Positions 7,909 through 15,930 of a stretch of 31,202 nucleotides of DNA are shown here, piece after piece. Below the pieces are notes generated by a model. That model had not been told where the DNA came from. It searched no databases and saw only the letters and a program-made list of their open reading frames with translations. A program made the position numbers and the translations under genes. Source of the DNA: a virus (lineage: Duplodnaviria > Heunggongvirae > Uroviricota > Caudoviricetes). The stretch is taken from positions 1 through 31,202 of the IMG/VR virus record IMGVR_UViG_3300033067_000504. One strand, given 5' to 3'. How positions within the stretch are numbered: the first letter of the stretch is position 1; every line of letters starts with the position of its first letter.

Positions 7909-8361
7909 ATGTGTTTATATGTAAATAAGGTGGTATCACCAGTAAGAATAACACAAAATCAGTTAGTAGACCATGTAAAGCAGATTGCTACTAAACCAAT
8001 AATTTGTTATAAGAGACTTAGACCAAATGGTATTAGAAATCAAGGAACTAGTTATGGAGATTTTGTTTGGCATAAAGGTAAGTCAAGTAAATCAGCTTTA
8101 AGTTATGCTGGTTTTGCTTGTAATAAAGTTTCTAAATATGGGGAAAGAAGTAGATACGAGGCATCTTTGGAAGTTGAAGAGGGACTACATGCTTTTCTAA
8201 AAGTTGAGGATTGTAAAAAAAGTGGTTATCAAGGTGTAATAAGAAAAATGATGATTCCAGCTGGAGCAAAGTTTATATTAGGGCATCAAGGTAATCTTCC
8301 ACAAATTGTTTCAACTGAGATGATCTTTGTTGAAAACTATATAGTAAAAAAGAAGAAGTAA
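7909..8361 (+). CDS. paralog of 7380..7907 (start corrected from 7876)
   Basis: MCL start one base after the upstream stop; ICYK, EEGLHAF, IPAG. Confidence 0.78.
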   Translation: MCLYVNKVVSPVRITQNQLVDHVKQIATKPIICYKRLRPNGIRNQGTSYGDFVWHKGKSSKSALSYAGFACNKVSKYGERSRYEASLEVEEGLHAFLKVEDCKKSGYQGVIRKMMIPAGAKFILGHQGNLPQIVSTEMIFVENYIVKKKK

Positions 8362-8363
8362 CA

Positions 8364-9038
8364 ATGCCAGCAACACAGATTTTAGTAATTGGAAGACAGG
8401 GTAGTGGTAAGAGTACTGGATTTAGGAATGTAGACCCAGCAAAAACAATTATCATAACACCTAATGCTAAACCCCTCCCTTGGGAAGGTTCAGCAAAGAA
8501 GTACGTAGTAGGAGTAAATAGAATACAAACAAACAAGTTAACAGATCTACCTGCAACATTGAAGTTAATTAATGACACAATGCCGCAGATAGAAATCATT
8601 TTAGTTGAAGACCTAACACATTATATGAGTGCAAGAACACTCAGCCCTGAATTTACTTCTCGTAAGTTTGGTGGTGACGCATTTGCTAAGTGGGGAGAAT
8701 TTGGTGCAGATGTAGCAAGCGTTATAATGGGAGCAGAAAATTTTAGAGATAACCTCACCATTGTTTATCATGGTCATACCGAGATAGATGATGAGGGTCA
8801 GGTTGTATTACAGACAGCAGGCAAACTGTTGGATCGTGATATAAAGTTGCAATCATATTTTACTTATGTATTGCATTGCCTGATTATAAAACAAGACACA
8901 AACATACAACACAAATATTTAACAAATAACGATGGTGTACATGAAGCTAAAACTCCTATGGGTTGTTTCCCAGATAGATTAATAGACAATGACATCAAAG
9001 TGGTGATTGAAAGAATACACCAATATCAAGGAACTTAA
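8364..9038 (+). CDS. P-loop AAA ATPase (AAA_24/Sak4-like, crAss-type)
   Basis: Walker A GRQGSGKST, Walker B ILVED, EAKTPMG. Confidence 0.85.
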   Translation: MPATQILVIGRQGSGKSTGFRNVDPAKTIIITPNAKPLPWEGSAKKYVVGVNRIQTNKLTDLPATLKLINDTMPQIEIILVEDLTHYMSARTLSPEFTSRKFGGDAFAKWGEFGADVASVIMGAENFRDNLTIVYHGHTEIDDEGQVVLQTAGKLLDRDIKLQSYFTYVLHCLIIKQDTNIQHKYLTNNDGVHEAKTPMGCFPDRLIDNDIKVVIERIHQYQGT

Positions 9039-9047
9039 ACATAATAT

Positions 9048-9701
9048 ATGGCATTAGATTGGTTGAAAAACTTAGTCCTGGTGGACACAGGTAGAATTAG
9101 GGCACCTAAAGATAAGAACCCTAAAGGAAACAGTATAAGAATATTCTCAGACGGTAGTGTTTATCCTGGAAAAGAGCTTGTAGACAATTTTAATCTTGAG
9201 TACAAGACTCGCGGTGAGTTGACTGGAAATGGTATTGATTTGATTAATAGTAAGGAATGGGATCTTGAAATATTCCAAAATCAGCCAGCAGTAATTATTG
9301 TTGGTTTTACTAACAAGAATAACCCTAAGGTTGACTTGTTTGGTACTTGCCGTTATAATGATGATAATACTCCTAAATCCAGTGTTCTCACTCAAGGAGC
9401 AAAATCGGAAAAACTTCTGGAGTTAGTAAAGGAGTTTGGTTATTTGAATGATGAGCAGGCGTATTGTGATTTAGTAGTTCTTACTGATCACAGCATTGCT
9501 TTTCAGGATGGAATAGCTAACATACCTAAGGTATATGACAGGGGAACCATGAAAGGTACTAAAACTTATCAAAGAAGAGAAAATGAAACATTTTATGCTT
9601 TGATAACACAAGAACAGTTTAATGAAATGAATAGAGACAAAACAGTTACTTTACAACAAGAAGTTGAAGAAGCTGGAGAATTAGTAGTAACCAACAATTA
9701 A
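9048..9701 (+). CDS. hypothetical protein
   Basis: 217 aa ORF with strongly biased codons, in the replication module. Confidence 0.8.
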   Translation: MALDWLKNLVLVDTGRIRAPKDKNPKGNSIRIFSDGSVYPGKELVDNFNLEYKTRGELTGNGIDLINSKEWDLEIFQNQPAVIIVGFTNKNNPKVDLFGTCRYNDDNTPKSSVLTQGAKSEKLLELVKEFGYLNDEQAYCDLVVLTDHSIAFQDGIANIPKVYDRGTMKGTKTYQRRENETFYALITQEQFNEMNRDKTVTLQQEVEEAGELVVTNN

Positions 9702-9715
9702 ACCAATACATATAT

Positions 9716-10414
9716 ATGGCGTTACCAGTAGGAATTCACGAGAACGTAGTAGTAAGTAAGACAGTAAAGAACGAGAAAGGGAGTCTCGTAATTACTATCA
9801 AGAAAGTAGTTGAGGTAAATCCAATGGATGTGTTGAACAGTGGTTCAGCAAACTCATCCTTTGAACAACCTGAACAAGATTTTTTAATCTATCCTCCTAA
9901 ATTGGAAGGTAAAGTTGCGGGAACACCTGATACCCCAGCCAACCTGATGTTGAAAATAGCAGAAGTTAAAGACCCACTTACTCACATTTTGTTGCAATAT
10001 ACAACGGAAAATAACCTTAAGTGGGATATTTTCAAGGGGACTGGTGTTACTTCACCTGAAGATTTGAAAACAAAGTTGACTAACCAAGCAACATTGTCTA
10101 AAATCTATGACAACATTGTGGATCAGTTTATTGCCTTTATGAAACCTTTTGTAGGTGACAATGGTAAAAAACTCAGAATGTTGTTTGTTCGTCAATCTGC
10201 AGCTAAATTCTATCCAAGATTTAGAAGCAGATACCTCCAAAGCCAACCTTTTGCAGAACCCATGACAATTCCTACTTCAGCATCGAAGTTGGCATTTAGT
10301 GATTATGACAAAAAGAATGGTTATGACAACCCTAACCCAGCTGGTGGGGCAGCAACAGTAAGCAAGAATGATGCAGCAAGTGCAGCATCTTTGTTTAAAG
10401 CACCAGCCGCCTAA
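9716..10414 (+). CDS. hypothetical protein, possibly single-stranded DNA-binding protein
   Basis: Lies between the AAA ATPase and primase; beta-rich N-terminus, flexible C-terminal tail, high-expression codon bias. No diagnostic motif seen. Confidence 0.5.
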   Translation: MALPVGIHENVVVSKTVKNEKGSLVITIKKVVEVNPMDVLNSGSANSSFEQPEQDFLIYPPKLEGKVAGTPDTPANLMLKIAEVKDPLTHILLQYTTENNLKWDIFKGTGVTSPEDLKTKLTNQATLSKIYDNIVDQFIAFMKPFVGDNGKKLRMLFVRQSAAKFYPRFRSRYLQSQPFAEPMTIPTSASKLAFSDYDKKNGYDNPNPAGGAATVSKNDAASAASLFKAPAA

Positions 10415-10421
10415 TTTAAGT

Positions 10422-10564
10422 AAGGGTGGTTCTAGACGATCAATAAAAAATACTTGAGTTGGTACTCTCCTAAAGGGTGACAATGCAATATAACATTCGA
10501 GTTATTGGGATGTCACACTCTCAAGTAGTACGTGGAAAATCGGGAATCGTACCCACCCTTTTTT
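10422..10564 (+). ncRNA. candidate structured RNA (rod with central bubble, T-tract)
   Basis: Nested stems AAGGGTGG/CCACCCTT, ACGAT/ATCGT, TACTTGAG/CTCAAGTA, GTGACA/TGTCAC, ATAAC/GTTAT. Confidence 0.55.
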
Positions 10565-10573
10565 AATTAAACT

Positions 10574-11563
10574 ATGGATTTTGATGCAGCCTACAAAAGC
10601 ATCATTCCATCCGACATATCAATATTAGAACAGGTAGATGAATATACTCTATACTGTTATTATACTGGTATTGATCCTATTATTCTAAGTAAAGCATATC
10701 ACGCTCCTTATCGTATAGATAAATTTCCCAGTTTCAGCATATTCAAAACGAATAGGTCTACTTCAGGGATTGATTATCTGTGGAAAGATCATATGACAGG
10801 AGAGTCAGGAACAATCTTTAAACTAATTCAAAAGATAGAAAATTTAAGCAATAGCCAACAGGTATATGCAAGAATAAACGAAGATTTTGGATTAGGTTAT
10901 GAGCTTGATCCTTTAAAACCAAAAGGTAAGATAGTACTAAGCTTACCACCAGAAACATCAGACATAAAGATCAGAGTAGCTAACGTTCCTCTCACGGAAG
11001 CTGGTTTGAGATTTTGGAAGCAATTTGATATAGATAAGGATAGATTAGATAAGTATTTTACAACTCAGATAAAGTGGTACTGGTCATATATGGAGCAATT
11101 GTGTCCGACTAGTGTATTAGATCCCACATTTGCTTATCGAGTAGGTAATTATTATCAAATCTATAGCCCTTACGCCCCTAAGTTATACAAATTTAGAAAT
11201 GATTTACCAGAAAATTACTTTTTTGGCTACTTGCAACTTCCTAAAACAGGAGACAAGTTAATTATTGACAAGTCAGCAAAGGATGTTATTTTTTGTGATC
11301 GAATTGGATATAACGCTGTATCGGGTAAAAGTGAAACCACAATGATTCCGCATCATAAAATGTTGGAATTAAAAGAACGTTTCAAAGAGATATATTTAAT
11401 GCTAGATCCTGATGAGGCTGGTAAAAGACAAACAGAAAAGTATATGCAAAAGTATGACTTTCTGAAACCAAGGTTTTTAAGTGAAGCAAAGGATAAAACA
11501 GATCTATGTTTAAAAGTAGGAATAGATGAAGCAACAAGAATCATTAAAGAACTCATCAACTAA
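10574..11563 (+). CDS. DNA primase (DnaG/TOPRIM, crAss-type)
   Basis: N-terminal APYRIDKFPSF..WKDHMTGESG (Cys-less CHC2-like), IIDKSAKDV, LDPDEAG DxD, KDKTD. Confidence 0.85.
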   Translation: MDFDAAYKSIIPSDISILEQVDEYTLYCYYTGIDPIILSKAYHAPYRIDKFPSFSIFKTNRSTSGIDYLWKDHMTGESGTIFKLIQKIENLSNSQQVYARINEDFGLGYELDPLKPKGKIVLSLPPETSDIKIRVANVPLTEAGLRFWKQFDIDKDRLDKYFTTQIKWYWSYMEQLCPTSVLDPTFAYRVGNYYQIYSPYAPKLYKFRNDLPENYFFGYLQLPKTGDKLIIDKSAKDVIFCDRIGYNAVSGKSETTMIPHHKMLELKERFKEIYLMLDPDEAGKRQTEKYMQKYDFLKPRFLSEAKDKTDLCLKVGIDEATRIIKELIN

Positions 11564-11876
11564 GGCTGATAGATTTAATAGTGGTAAGTTGCGTTGGTCG
11601 TTAGTGGATTTTGAATCACTATCTCCTATGGTTAGAGTATTAGAATTTGGTGCAAATAAGTATAGTGTTGATAATTGGAAGAAAGGCTTAAACGAGAAGG
11701 AGACTTTGGAATCGTTAGCAAGACATCTATTTGCACTAATGAGTGGTGAGTATATTGATAAGGAAAGTGGATTGCCTCATATAGGCCACATAATGTGTAA
11801 TTCCATGTTCTTTTCATATCATCAAAAGAATAATAGTTTTACTGATAGGAATGATTCACTAATAAGAAAAGAATAA
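11526..11876 (+). CDS. dATP/dGTP diphosphohydrolase-like protein (DUF5664)
   Basis: GKLRWSL, FGANKYS..NWKKG, SLARHL, DKESGLPHIGHIMCN. Confidence 0.88.
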   Translation: MKQQESLKNSSTKADRFNSGKLRWSLVDFESLSPMVRVLEFGANKYSVDNWKKGLNEKETLESLARHLFALMSGEYIDKESGLPHIGHIMCNSMFFSYHQKNNSFTDRNDSLIRKE

Positions 11877-11879
11877 GAT

Positions 11880-12122
11880 ATGGATTATAGAGATCAATTG
11901 AAACAGTTGGATAGTGTTGTTGCTTTAGACAAAAGTATTGATAAAGTTGTGAAGTGTTATGTGGAGAAAACTTATGTTCCTACTAGTGCTATCACAGGTT
12001 CTTTCACTGGAGAAACAATACAAACAACTATGCCAATAAGAACGGGGAGAAATCTTTTAGCCCCAGGAAGACGTATTTTTGACGTTGAACAAGTAAAAGA
12101 TAATCAAAAACAAATAAACTAA
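11880..12122 (+). CDS. hypothetical protein
   Basis: 80 aa ORF in operon-like context. Confidence 0.6.
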   Translation: MDYRDQLKQLDSVVALDKSIDKVVKCYVEKTYVPTSAITGSFTGETIQTTMPIRTGRNLLAPGRRIFDVEQVKDNQKQIN

Positions 12123-12128
12123 ATACAC

Positions 12129-12401
12129 ATGTCGTATTTGAACCGGATCTCCGCATCCAAAGAAGAAAGAAGTGCAGCAGCAAACAAGCGTGTTGCAAAA
12201 GAAGCAGAGCAACAATTGAGTGTTGATATTATGACCACTGAGCGTCGTATCTCTGAAACTGAAGGTTATATTGAAGAAGCTAAGGGACAAGTTCCTTTTA
12301 ATGCTGGAAACATCATTAAATTGCAACGCCAATTGGCTGCTTACAACGAGGACTTGGCTTCTTTGAAAGAATTGAAAGAAACTGAATTTTCTGCTGAGTA
12401 A
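12129..12401 (+). CDS. small coiled-coil protein
   Basis: 90 aa, all-helical E/K/A-rich, strong codon bias, 2 nt upstream of the Ubl gene. Confidence 0.8.
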   Translation: MSYLNRISASKEERSAAANKRVAKEAEQQLSVDIMTTERRISETEGYIEEAKGQVPFNAGNIIKLQRQLAAYNEDLASLKELKETEFSAE

Positions 12402-12403
12402 TC

Positions 12404-12649
12404 ATGGGAGCACAACGTAGAGTAACCTATGCATCAGTTCAGGATAATATTCCTGGATCAGTAATTACTGGTGTAGAAACCTGGGGACAGTTGAAAAACG
12501 AGTTCCCAGCAATTGCTGCAAAAGCAAGTGGTATGAAAGTGTACATTAAGGAATCATCTGCGGATGTTACTAGTGACTCCACATTCTTACCAACTGGAGA
12601 TTTTACTATCTATTTCTTGCTTGAGAAAAACAAATCAGGCAATGAGTAG
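12404..12649 (+). CDS. ubiquitin-like (beta-grasp) protein precursor
   Basis: Pattern beta(RRVTYAS)-beta(GSVIT)-alpha(TWGQLKNEF)-beta(MKVYIK)-DSTFLPTGD-beta(FTIYFLL)-tail KNKSG|NE; directly upstream of E2/JAB/E1 genes. Confidence 0.7.
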   Translation: MGAQRRVTYASVQDNIPGSVITGVETWGQLKNEFPAIAAKASGMKVYIKESSADVTSDSTFLPTGDFTIYFLLEKNKSGNE

Positions 12650-12734
12650 TAGTAGTGAAATTATAAAAGCATTTCTTGAAGAGCAGATACTACCTAATCT
12701 AAAAGAGATTAAGGTTGTAACTCCATCTAAATAG
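12642..12734 (+). CDS. micro-ORF (30 aa) overlapping the end of the Ubl gene
   Basis: MSSSSEIIKAFLEEQILPNLKEIKVVTPSK-stop; amphipathic helix pattern; 8-nt overlap with the Ubl gene. Confidence 0.45.
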   Translation: MSSSSEIIKAFLEEQILPNLKEIKVVTPSK

Positions 12735-12753
12735 AAAGCATATAAATACACTT

Positions 12754-12796
12754 TATGATTATGGGAGAGGGATTAATTCCTTCTCCCTAAATCATA
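12754..12796 (+). terminator. strong hairpin between Ubl and E2 genes (terminator or mRNA stabiliser)
   Basis: TATGATT/AATCATA plus GGGAGAGGGA/TCCTTCTCCC stems; no T-tract after the stem. Confidence 0.6.
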
Positions 12797-12811
12797 TAAA
12801 CAAAGGAATAA

Positions 12812-14155
12812 ATGATTACTGTAAAAATAATTAAAAAATCAGAATTACTTGAAGTGTATGAGGGTAAAAACTTACCATTATTTGATGAGGAGAGTGGTAA
12901 TAGGAGTGTAAGGGCAAGAAAGCAAGTAGATTCAGTAATTACTGAGAATGAAATTGCTATAAAGATAATACAGGATTTAGATCCTTTTGCAATAATATCC
13001 TTACTACACCTTCCAAGAAATAATGGTAACTCTATTATTTATCCTAAAAGTAAGATTTATACCAAAGAATTACCTGATGCGTTGGATGCCTATAAACCTA
13101 TTTTAGATAGGCTTCACCCAAAGCAGTGGTGGTACGATGCAGATCACGGGGATATGTATATACTATATCCCGAAATAATAATTAGTAACACTGTTGGTCG
13201 TAAACACGTAATCACTAATCTAGTCGTTAAGTTTACTTTAACTAACCACTATAATTTAGTAGGGTCTGATGCTCTTTGGGGAGGTAGATTGACGTTTACA
13301 AAACGAGAAATTGAAAAAGGCTATATCCACTCACATCTACACACAAGAAATTATCGCATAGATAACTTTTGTTTAGGTGGTAGTAGTAGTGCTTTTTATG
13401 TTTTGTTATCTACAATGCCAAAGTTCCTAACACCAGAACAATTTGAGTTTTTCTTAGTACAATTAAAGGCTTATTTGTCTTGGGAAAGTTTGGAAGGAGT
13501 ACCACACATAACAATTAATAGTTTATACTCTACAGATATTAATTCAGTTACTAGTCCTTTAGATAATTCAGTTTGGCTAAGTACTAATCTGGAGCCTCAT
13601 AGAAAAGCTATTGAAGTTTTAGGTGAAAAAGTGCTACAAAAACTTAATGAAAAGGAGTATGACGCACTATTAATAAAAGTAGGTGATCGTTATATTTTTG
13701 GGCCTTATAGTCCGCTTGTAAGTAATAAACTATTACAATTTGAGAGAGAATTTATAGCACCATTACTTAAAGCTGATGGTCATTTAATGGGTGTAAGTAG
13801 TGACTATAATGATGTTACTGGTGTATACACAACATCAAATACACAAGTAGACTCTAATGGAGCAGTACCATTTCCATTTCCTGCTCTGGATAGTTTCCTA
13901 CTAAAGCTAGCTAACAGATTTAATGTTACTCCTGGAGTTGTAACAACAGTAAATCTTAATGAATCAACTACCTTACAAGACAATAATTGCTTTGTCAGAC
14001 TTAGAGGACAAGCTTTAGCATATTTATATAATTATGTAAATATGAGATTACTCGATGGTTTTAAAACTAAAATAAATGAAAGAAATAATGGCTCAACACA
14101 GAGCACAAGTAGTAATAACGCAACAGTTGGCGTCGCAGATCTCATGCCTGCATAA
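12812..14155 (+). CDS. E2/UBC-like conjugating enzyme with N- and C-terminal extensions
   Basis: GYIHSHL...DNFCLG resembles the E2 HPN...CL motif (putative catalytic Cys187); followed by SWESLEGVP; adjacent to JAB and ThiF genes. Confidence 0.7.
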   Translation: MITVKIIKKSELLEVYEGKNLPLFDEESGNRSVRARKQVDSVITENEIAIKIIQDLDPFAIISLLHLPRNNGNSIIYPKSKIYTKELPDALDAYKPILDRLHPKQWWYDADHGDMYILYPEIIISNTVGRKHVITNLVVKFTLTNHYNLVGSDALWGGRLTFTKREIEKGYIHSHLHTRNYRIDNFCLGGSSSAFYVLLSTMPKFLTPEQFEFFLVQLKAYLSWESLEGVPHITINSLYSTDINSVTSPLDNSVWLSTNLEPHRKAIEVLGEKVLQKLNEKEYDALLIKVGDRYIFGPYSPLVSNKLLQFEREFIAPLLKADGHLMGVSSDYNDVTGVYTTSNTQVDSNGAVPFPFPALDSFLLKLANRFNVTPGVVTTVNLNESTTLQDNNCFVRLRGQALAYLYNYVNMRLLDGFKTKINERNNGSTQSTSSNNATVGVADLMPA

Positions 14156-15230
14156 CCAATGTCCAGCTAATAATGAGTGGAGTGGAATACTTATTTATGA
14201 AGTAACTGCTGGTAATATTGATGAATTGGAAAAATTATCAATAAAAGCTCATGCTGTTTTCCCTATGGATTTTGGTAATGGAGCTTATACTGAGTATGAA
14301 AGTAGCCCTCAAATGTTAAAAATATTTGAGATTTATCCACAAATAGACCCAGTTAAGAAAGATCCAAAATGGTTTATTGGTCACATACATTCTCATCATA
14401 ATATGAGTACGTTCTTTAGTGGTACTGACCAAAGTGAACTATTAACAAATGTCAAGAACTTACCTATTTATCTATCACTTATAGTAAACTATGCATGTAT
14501 GCCATGCGCTAAAATTGCTATAATGACAGATGCTGAGGAAAGCAAGATAAGCATACTACATTACAAGCTTAGAGGTTCTGAGAAGAAAAAGAAGAGAAAA
14601 AATAGAGTTATAGAAACAAGCCCGGAATCGGCTTATGTTATTGACTGTGATGTTACTTTTGAACAAGTAAGTTGGTTTATTGATCAAGTAAAAGTAGTAA
14701 AGTCAATAGTAAAAACTGTACCTATTCATAACAGTCAGTACAACTACGGGGGTGGTTATGGTTATGGTTATGGTAGTGGTTACTATAATGATAACTATAA
14801 ACCTACACTTGGTTTTAAACCAGCAGGTGAAACTGTAAAAAAGGCAGATCATGACTACGAGTATATGGGTCTTGCTGGTAAGTACAGAGCAACAGACCCT
14901 ATTTACATTGCAGCACTTAATGGTGCAACAGATTTATTTACTCTTGGACAAAAAGAAGGAAGTACTTTAAGTGCAGCAAAAGCCTTGCAGGTTGTAAACT
15001 TACAAGTTAAAGCGGAGGATAAAGAAAAGTATCAAAATGCCATAAAGGGTTACTTTGTAGATGATTGGTTTCCAAGTAACTATTATAAGCTTGATAATGC
15101 TACTGAAGAAGATGCTATTGACGCTTTACTACAACTTTTAAAGTACAACGAGAAAGTTTGGATAAGTGCAATTTTAACAAAAGCTTTAAATGATTTGAAA
15201 AATGAGTTACCAAAGTTACGAGAGGTTTAA
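14076..15230 (+). CDS. JAB/MPN+ (JAMM) metallo-isopeptidase
   Basis: NEWSG catalytic Glu and exact HxH-x7-S-x2-D motif (HSHHNMSTFFSGTD). Start may be 14088. Confidence 0.9.
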   Translation: MKEIMAQHRAQVVITQQLASQISCLHNQCPANNEWSGILIYEVTAGNIDELEKLSIKAHAVFPMDFGNGAYTEYESSPQMLKIFEIYPQIDPVKKDPKWFIGHIHSHHNMSTFFSGTDQSELLTNVKNLPIYLSLIVNYACMPCAKIAIMTDAEESKISILHYKLRGSEKKKKRKNRVIETSPESAYVIDCDVTFEQVSWFIDQVKVVKSIVKTVPIHNSQYNYGGGYGYGYGSGYYNDNYKPTLGFKPAGETVKKADHDYEYMGLAGKYRATDPIYIAALNGATDLFTLGQKEGSTLSAAKALQVVNLQVKAEDKEKYQNAIKGYFVDDWFPSNYYKLDNATEEDAIDALLQLLKYNEKVWISAILTKALNDLKNELPKLREV

Positions 15231-15930
15231 AGAGCTTCCTTGGTTTAAAGGGCTATCTAACTGTGCAGTATTTATTGGTGGTGCAGGTGGCATAGGCTCA
15301 CATTTAGCATTTATGCTAGCTAGAACAGGAGCTAACATAATCATTGTAGACAATGATACAGTAGATAAAACTAATTTAGCTGGTCAATTATTTGGCCCAG
15401 AAGAAGTTGGTCTTAAGAAAGTTACAGCAGTAACTACAGTAATTAAGAAGCTATGTGATCCTTACTTTGTAACACCTGTAGACGAGTTCATAGATGAAAA
15501 AGAGGGTGGTTGGAAACAACATTTTGGGTTTTGTGATATTGTTTGTGCAGTATTTGATAATATAAAAGCTAGAAAAATACTGTATGATGAATGGGTAAAA
15601 AGATTTCATAAAGAATCTAATCCACCAACTTTGTTTGTAGATGCAAGAATGTCAGCTGAAAATGGTCAGGTATTTGTTTACACAAAGCCAATGTCTGAGG
15701 ATCTCTACAAAGAACGTTTCTTTAATGATAGTGAAGTAGTTGATCAACCATGCACAATGAAGGCTACTACACATTGTGGAAGCTTGATTGCTAGCTTGTG
15801 TGTGGCTCAAATAACAAATTGGTGTACTAATCTTAAATCAGATTCTATTATTAGTAGATCACTACCTGAGGTAATTGAATTTCATTTACCTGTAATGTAC
15901 TTAAAGACTGGTAAAGAAGGTGGCACGTAG
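15202..15930 (+). CDS. ThiF/E1-like Ubl-activating enzyme
   Basis: GAGGIG Rossmann motif, DNDTVDKTNLAGQ, VDARMSAE, candidate catalytic Cys184 in QPCT. Confidence 0.92.
   Translation: MSYQSYERFKELPWFKGLSNCAVFIGGAGGIGSHLAFMLARTGANIIIVDNDTVDKTNLAGQLFGPEEVGLKKVTAVTTVIKKLCDPYFVTPVDEFIDEKEGGWKQHFGFCDIVCAVFDNIKARKILYDEWVKRFHKESNPPTLFVDARMSAENGQVFVYTKPMSEDLYKERFFNDSEVVDQPCTMKATTHCGSLIASLCVAQITNWCTNLKSDSIISRSLPEVIEFHLPVMYLKTGKEGGT

Noticed and set aside
4003-11876. Z-genome (2-aminoadenine) pathway suggested by MazG, DUF5664 and PolA
   Set aside because: No PurZ or HD-family DatZ in the window; these hydrolases are common in ordinary phages.
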